Shown here: positions 52,280 to 64,000 of the stretch, one piece after another
Layout: each line of letters begins with the position of its first letter
How positions within the stretch are numbered: the stretch's first letter is position 1
Assembly: GCF_009834535.1 (NCBI RefSeq)
Contig: NC_045711.1
Coordinates: 35,774,001 to 35,838,000, forward strand
Reading direction: 5' to 3'
DNA from: Camelus ferus
Lineage: Eukaryota
DNA length: 64,000 nucleotides
The notes under the pieces: generated by a model
Databases searched by the model: none
What the model saw: only the letters and a program-made list of their open reading frames with translations
Told to the model about the DNA's origin: nothing
Translations under genes and position numbers: made by a program

Positions 52280-53170
52280 GTCAGACTGATCCTTTGTAGC
52301 TGATGAAGGATGGGCATCAGCGGATTTGGGAAGGCTTTCTTAGCTTGGCCTCGAAGTATGTTTAGAATCTGGAGATGGATGAAATGATATTCTAGGTGGA
52401 GGGAAGAGCAAAGTTAGGCAAACTAAGGCATGTTTGGAAAATCCAAGAGCATTAGTATCACTGGAATGGAGGGATCCATGAAGGGGAGCTGTAAGACAAG
52501 GTTGGAAAGATAATTTGGGGTCTGATAGGGGATAAGCTTGAGTTTGAACTTCATTCTGAAGGCAATGGAGAGCCATTGGTTGTCTTTTGGGTGATAAGTG
52601 AAAAGAACTGCATTGTAAGAATTCTCCTTTGTCAGTGGTCTGTAGGATGGCTTGGGCTGGGGAATGAGAAGGGGAGTAGGCGATCATTAGGTAATGAAGC
52701 GACTAACAGGACTAAGCAGAGGGATTGACGAGCGGCCACCAGAATAGAAAGTCAAACAAGAATCAGAATCGGATGATGAGGCATCAAGGATGACTCAAAG
52801 GTTGCCAGGCTCAGTGCCTCTAAGATGGCAGAGGAAGAAGAGATGCATTTACAAAGTAGAGAAGTCTGGAGGAAGAACAGGTCTGGAAGGAACTCATAGA
52901 TTTGGGGAATGTATGAGAAGGTCAGGTGGTATCCAAACAGGGTCCATCATCATGCTGATGGTGGGAGGTGGAAGAGGACAAAGGATGGTGGAGCCTGCTG
53001 GAGCAACATCGAACACAGTGAGCATGAGCATTTCAAGGCAGTTACCTGTCAAAAGTGTCAGATGTGGCCAAAGATGAAGGAAGAAGGAGGATGAGAAAAA
53101 GCCAACTAGCAGATCTGACAACACGAAGGTCATGGTGACTTCCTAGTAGAGCAAAGGAGGCTGAAGTTGC
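52280..53170 (-). mobile_element. L2 relic
   Basis: ggcaatggagagccatt...gaggcatcaaggatgactc pattern. Confidence 0.65.
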
Positions 53171-56100
53171 ACAAAGTTGAGGAGGGAGCCACCTGCCTCC
53201 CGCCCTCTGGAATTCAAGGTTGGAGAGATCCCCTGGACTTACATGACCCTGGCACCTCCTTCCTTCCCCATCAAACTTACTAAAGTGAAGAAAACCTTAA
53301 AATCTTAAAAATAAAACAAGCCTTTCCTTTTCATCCCAAAGGAGGGAGGCACACTAGGCTCTCCTTGCCCTTCTTCCTCTTTCTCCCACCCACTGGCTGG
53401 AGACCAGGCACTGTCAGGACTCGTGTCCAGGGAGACAGGCGTTGGCGGGACAGACAACTGTTCATTTCCTAACAGAGCCCTGCTGTGTTTTCATAGCTCA
53501 GAATAGTTCCTTGGCCCTCTGCAGGCCTGGCGGGGGTGAAGGGGGGTGGGGAAACCTCACTGTTTGTTTTCATGACAATTCTGGGCCTCACCTCTTCCTC
53601 TTTCTCTGCATCACGGTCCTCATTTGGGAACTCTCAGAGGGGGTAAGGTGTGGGTTCAGAGGGTCCAAGACTACTAATTTCCTAATTATGTCCCCTAACT
53701 GGGCTCCGGAAGAGGGAAGGACTAATAACTGACTGTACAACATGGGTGTTTTGGTTGGGATGAAAATTCTGAAAATTAAAGAAAGAGTTGATTAAAGGAC
53801 TACAGGGCAGAGCTGGAGGAGAAAAACAGTAGGGAGAAGAGAAGAGGGTGGAAGGGATGACCCCCCTCCCCCCATCTGGATGCAGCTGAATGTCAGGCTC
53901 TAGCAGGGCACTGACTTTCACTCGAGAATTGTTGGGGGGCTTCTCTGACTCCCAGTGCACCCCCAGGCCTCAGCGGGGTCCCCGTAGCACTGATGTTTGA
54001 CTGACTCCACTAATTTTTCAAACTCTGGAATTTTTTTTTTTAACCATGAGAATTCATTACTTTTGAAAATATTTTTATTAAAAAGATATGAACACATTTG
54101 TGTTTTCCTTCTGGTGATAATGAATCATTTACTTCTGTTAGATCACTTAGAGTCAGGCACCCCATCACTGGAGCTAGTTTCAAAGGAGCACCAAAAATTC
54201 AGAGAATGTTAACATGGAAAGGCAGGTGAGGGTCATGGAGTCTCATTTTACAGTTGACAAAAGTAAAACCAAGAGAATTCTATTGACTGAGCCAAGGTCA
54301 CACAGCTCTTTAATTTTCCTACTTATGTTTTCCTTTTAATCCTAGTGATGGCAGTAGGGGAGGGACAGTCTCCTAGGGTGCCTGTTGGAAGCTTGAGGAT
54401 TTTTCTGAGTCTTCTAAGGAAAACCAAAAGGCTCTTTCTTCCTCACACCCACTGCTCACCCACCAACCTCCATCTCACTCCATTCCCCATCAGCCTAAGC
54501 TAGGACTGAGCAATTGATGACGCCTTAACTTCCTCCACTCCTTCTTTAGTTGGTCCCGTTTCTTCCAAAGAATCCATGAGTTTAAGTGAAGAGGAGCGGC
54601 AGGTTGGGGCTGGATCCTTAACTTGAGTCACTTCTGGTCTCTCCTCAGCCAGCCCCTCTGTCTCTGGAGTGCAGACCAGAACGAAGAAGAAAATGAGTTT
54701 TTTCCAAATAGCCTCAACCACTTTTTTGGAGGCTTCCTTCCCTTGCCTCTGCCTCTGCCATGCACCATCAACAAAGTTGGATGGCAGGAAGGATCGAATC
54801 TGACAGCAAGAATGCTTCCTAGCTGCTAGGGTGGTTTGGCACTGCCAAAGGATGGATGGAGAATGGAAGAAGTGTCTACCATCTGTTGTGAGGGAATGGG
54901 TTGACCATTTGTAAAAACAGGATAATCTCTGGAGGGAAAAACAGCTTCTTTGGGGAAGGGGCTAAGGAAGAGGGAGGAGAGGAAGAAGATGGTCAGTCTG
55001 TGCCTCCTATAAAGGCTCCGATGATTTATTTGACTTTTGTAGAGGGCAGCCGGGGGTGACAGGAGGAAAGTATTGAGCTGGGAATTCTTAACTGTTTACA
55101 ATGAAGCAAATGCCCTCCAATATTTTTCTGTGAACAAAATGTCCAGCCCATCCTGACACACGTGCCATGCTCCCCCAACCTAGTCAATAAATGCACAGTT
55201 CAAGGTCCTGCACTTGAACTTTCTCACCACGCTGGAGATAAGTCAGCCATTTTCACTGGCTAACAATGATTAATCCACCTCTCCCTCCACCTCTTTTTAC
55301 CAACATGTTTTTGTAAAAAATGATCTGGGTCACTCCCATCAAAGGTGAAAGCAGTTGATTCAGCCAATTTCTGTCTACCTCTAAACAATTCCCCCACTGA
55401 TCACTTGGTAGGAAAAAAAAAAACCCAAAAAATAAATTAAAAAAAAATAAAACCATATATCTTGCAGTTTGGGCTGTAACCCTTCAGAGAAATTCACGCT
55501 GCTGCTCAGACAAAGCACTGGATTGAAGCTGGGTTTGGCATCCCCGCTACCATGTGTAGACAAGACCCACTCTAGGGATCACAGCTGAGCAGAAAGGGAG
55601 CTCCTCTCTTAATAGAACCCAGAACCCCAGCCAGAACAGAGGATTTGGCTACAGGTAAAGTCACAATTTCTTTTTGGTAATAAATGCAATTTGGGGATGA
55701 GGGGTGCGGTAAATTGGGCTCCTTCCCCTCCTTGCTTTCCCGTCAGCCAAGAAGCTCGTCTGAGTGAATGAGTCAACCTTGCTCTGGGAGAAGCAGCTGC
55801 CGGCTAACACTAGAACCAGCTGTACTTATTTAACAGCAGACTGGACTGTACTTTCTGGCAACTTGCCTTCATGTTCTTCCCAAACCAAGATTCCCCAAGC
55901 CTCTGGATTTATTTGTGGAGAAAGTGCCTAGGAGTGCCTGGCTAATGTGCCTAGTGAAGAGGGACTCGTAAAATTTTCCATCTTCATTGATTCCTAGACT
56001 TAGCTGTCATTTTCCTGAGAGGACATAAGTCTTGAGTCATTTCCACCGAGGACAAAATAATAGGGAGTTCACTGATATTTGTATAAATGGATTCAGTTTC

Positions 56101-58199
56101 CATCAGAAGGTCCCCCAGTTGACCTAGTTAATTAAGTAAATGTCTGGCTTCCCTGCCCCACGAGAGGACGTGAAGATCCCAGAGGACATTTAACTTTGAA
56201 TTCCCCAGAGAGCCAGGTGTGGCACTTTGTTCAGGAAATGTTTGTTGAATTAAACTGGAGAACTTCTTGAAAGGAAAGATTGACAGAATTGGAGGGAGCT
56301 GATGGAATCCCCTCTCTGGAGATAGTTCTTTGCATGAGTGAATTCTCACCAAAACCTCTCACAACTCAAATGTTTCTGCCACAGTATTCCCCACAAATAT
56401 CCACAAGCCCTTTGAGGATCAGAGAACTCCACAATTTCTCCCTTCAGTCAGCATTCTGGCAGGCTCGTCCTGTGGAGCCTCACCTCTTTCTGCACATGAT
56501 AAAAATTTGCTGGAAGCAGCAGGGAGGGGCTGGAAGTTAGAAAGGTGGAGACAGGCTAGTAGTCCCATGATGTAGGCAATTGCTCTGACCAAGAGAGTCC
56601 CCCTGCCTGGCGGGCATCCCAGAGGGACTCCCCCACTGCCCTGTGTACCCAGAATAGGATATCAGCTCCATCATGACTCCTTATCACCACGAGCATTCTC
56701 CCTGAGATTCCTCCAAAAGATAGGGCTCTCCACTGGCTGCCCATGTGCTGAGCACATGATGGAACTCTGCCCAACTCAGACACTGTGGCTCCTAGCAGCC
56801 TGGTGGAGACCCAGACAGCAGCGTTTGACTATTTTGTCAGAGGATCAGTCCTATCTGCCCTTGACTCACTCAGACTATAGAAACTCCAGTTTCCAGGGAT
56901 CACCATCATCATTACTCAACACTTTCTACGAAGACTTATCTGGATAGAGGGAAGGGGTCATCTCTTCTGCAGGGCCAATACCAGGCAATACCAAACACCC
57001 TCCCTCCCAACACTGTAAGTACACATGTCATTTGCAGCCCACCGACGGCCACCACTACCACCACCACCACCACCATTTTCCTGGCTCTCCAGACTAGGGG
57101 TGGCAGAATAGGGTTGCTTGGACCAGCGGAACAGTGTGCTGAAGGGCAGCTGGATTCTGCTTGAGAAGGGTAGGAGCTCAGGGGGGTGGGGAGGAGACTC
57201 CAGATCCTACCTCCTGGATGAGGTTTTAATCATTTCCAGCATGGAATGTGGTCAACCTTTGCTACTGACTCATTTGCTCTGAGTTTCTTTTCCCTGTCCC
57301 CAAACTACCCCTTACAAAGCAATAATGATTTACTCATGGGGAACTCAAGTGGGTTTTAAAAAGTTTTATTCCCACTGGCTCTTATCCTTGAAAATGCATC
57401 AGTTCATCACCTGAGTCAACCCCTGCCCCCCTCCCAGTCCTAGGTCACCTGAGTGTGAGGTTTGTGTCTCTGTGCAGCTGCAGGATGGTTTCTGCTCATG
57501 GAGGTGAGCAGGCATCATTGTTTCCCATAACTTGGTGTTTGTTATTTTATTCCTTGTCTACATCCATGGCTATCATAACACTGTATTGACTTCCTCGTCC
57601 TTATATGTATATTTCCATGTCTATGTATCTCTGTTCTTTCTAGCTCTCTCTCTCTCTATCAATCTTTCTAAGTACAAATGAAAGAAAGCTCAAAATACAG
57701 AAGCCCTTTCCAGAGTCCCCAGTTCCCAGTTTGCTGGTGTTTTTATTTAGAACCATATATTCATCATACTGTTTTTTATGAACATTTATTCACTCTGTTG
57801 CTTAAACTTATGTTAAAACCCAAAGGTGCTAACTTTAAGGACATTAAATGAATTAATCAGTGCATTCAAAGATGATTATTTTCTGACCCTAAGAGATATG
57901 GATCCAGTACTAGGAAAAGGGCTTGATCTCCCAGATCAGAGGCATTTCCTAGACCCTAATGCAGTTCAGAAAGGCTCAGCAAGATGACAGTTTCCAGTAC
58001 AATAGAACTTAACTATATTTTAAAATCCATAATTTACAAGTTGAATAGCTAGAGCACCAAGACTTTTCTTTGTCCTCAAATAAGTGCAGTTGCAGACATG
58101 GGAAATCAGGCATCTTTGCAAGAACCATGGCAGATTTAGACTCTGCCTTGTGTCTCTGGCTGGGTTTCAGAGCCAGGAGGGCAGTCCCTTGCCCTGTCA

Positions 58200-58440
58200 A
58201 GCAGTAATGCCAAAGTTAATAATTGGCCGTGCCAGCCCATGGCTGATCAGGCTGTTCTCGTGTGCCTGTTTTCTATTTTACGTAAATCATGCTGAACATG
58301 TTTGCATCAACCTCCTGGTGATGCACCTTTGATCAATAGATTTTAGACAAAAGTGGTTTTTGAGTCCAAAGATCAGGGCTGGGTTGACCTGCAGACTGGA
58401 TACAGGGTGTATAAAACAGAGGCAAGGCGCAGGCTGATAG
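58200..58440 (+). promoter_or_regulatory. G6PC1: G6PC1 proximal promoter: HNF1 58215-58227, IRS/GRE region 58244-58280, CRE1 TTACGTAA 58278-58285, FoxA TGTTTGC 58299-58305, CRE2 TTGCATCA 58302-58309, HNF6 ATCAATA 58332-58338, HNF4 DR1 58363-58375, TATA 58410-58416, TSS about 58437
   Basis: Motifs read directly, in the order described for the human and mouse G6Pase promoter. Confidence 0.85.
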
Positions 58441-58506
58441 CAGAGCAGTCACCACCAAGTCTGAAAAAACTGCCAAGGCACAGCTGAAGGCTTCCTGAAG
58501 GGCTAG

Positions 58507-63617
<5,111 letters not shown>

Positions 63618-64000
63618 TAATTGGGACAAAATCCCAGCATTCTCACTGTGTTCTGTGTATAATCAATGCTGTTAGCATTTCAGTGAGTTGAAAGCCAAAG
63701 GTGGGCGATTTGAAATGACTCATTTCTATAGGAGAGCTACACCAAGTCTACACCATTAACTGTGTTCCAGAGAAGTTGCAATACTTCAAATTAACTTACC
63801 CAATTGAATTAGTTCTCCATCTCCGATATTTTTACATTAATGATTTCTTACTCATCTTCAATTGAAAGTAGCCCCCAGTTTAGTTGTAAAAGAATCCACC
63901 AAATTTAACAAATTAACACAATGTCCTTGGAAAGCTCTTTACTAAAATACATTTGCAAACTTAATAGATACCCACAGCTGGTCTTTGTTACAGGTTCTGA

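Overview
Mammalian genomic DNA, most likely a camelid (inferred from tRNA-Ala-derived SINEs and the L1 3' tail type). The window covers the syntenic BECN1-PSME3-AOC2-AOC3-AOC4-G6PC1 block. Left to right: the 5' part of BECN1 (minus strand, runs off the left edge); PSME3 (exons 1-10 visible, last coding exon hidden in a 294-nt N gap); three tandem, apparently intact four-exon copper amine oxidase genes (AOC2 756 aa, membrane AOC3/VAP-1 763 aa, secreted AOC4 756 aa); a repeat-rich spacer with solo LTRs; and G6PC1 promoter plus exons 1-4. I see no wholly new gene system. The most interesting signals are: (i) mosaic gene conversion between AOC3 and AOC4 that spares the substrate-channel codons; (ii) a decayed copy of the AOC3 start and N-terminus in the AOC4 5' leader, suggesting how the secreted enzyme arose; (iii) an unusual Trp>Cys four residues after the AOC4 TPQ tyrosine; (iv) a G6PC1 promoter whose first insulin-response (FoxO) element reads TGTTCTC, creating a near-consensus glucocorticoid element. 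Exon boundaries were read by hand from GT/AG sites and checked for frame. Repeat family names and comparisons with human/mouse rely on recalled consensus sequences, not on searches.
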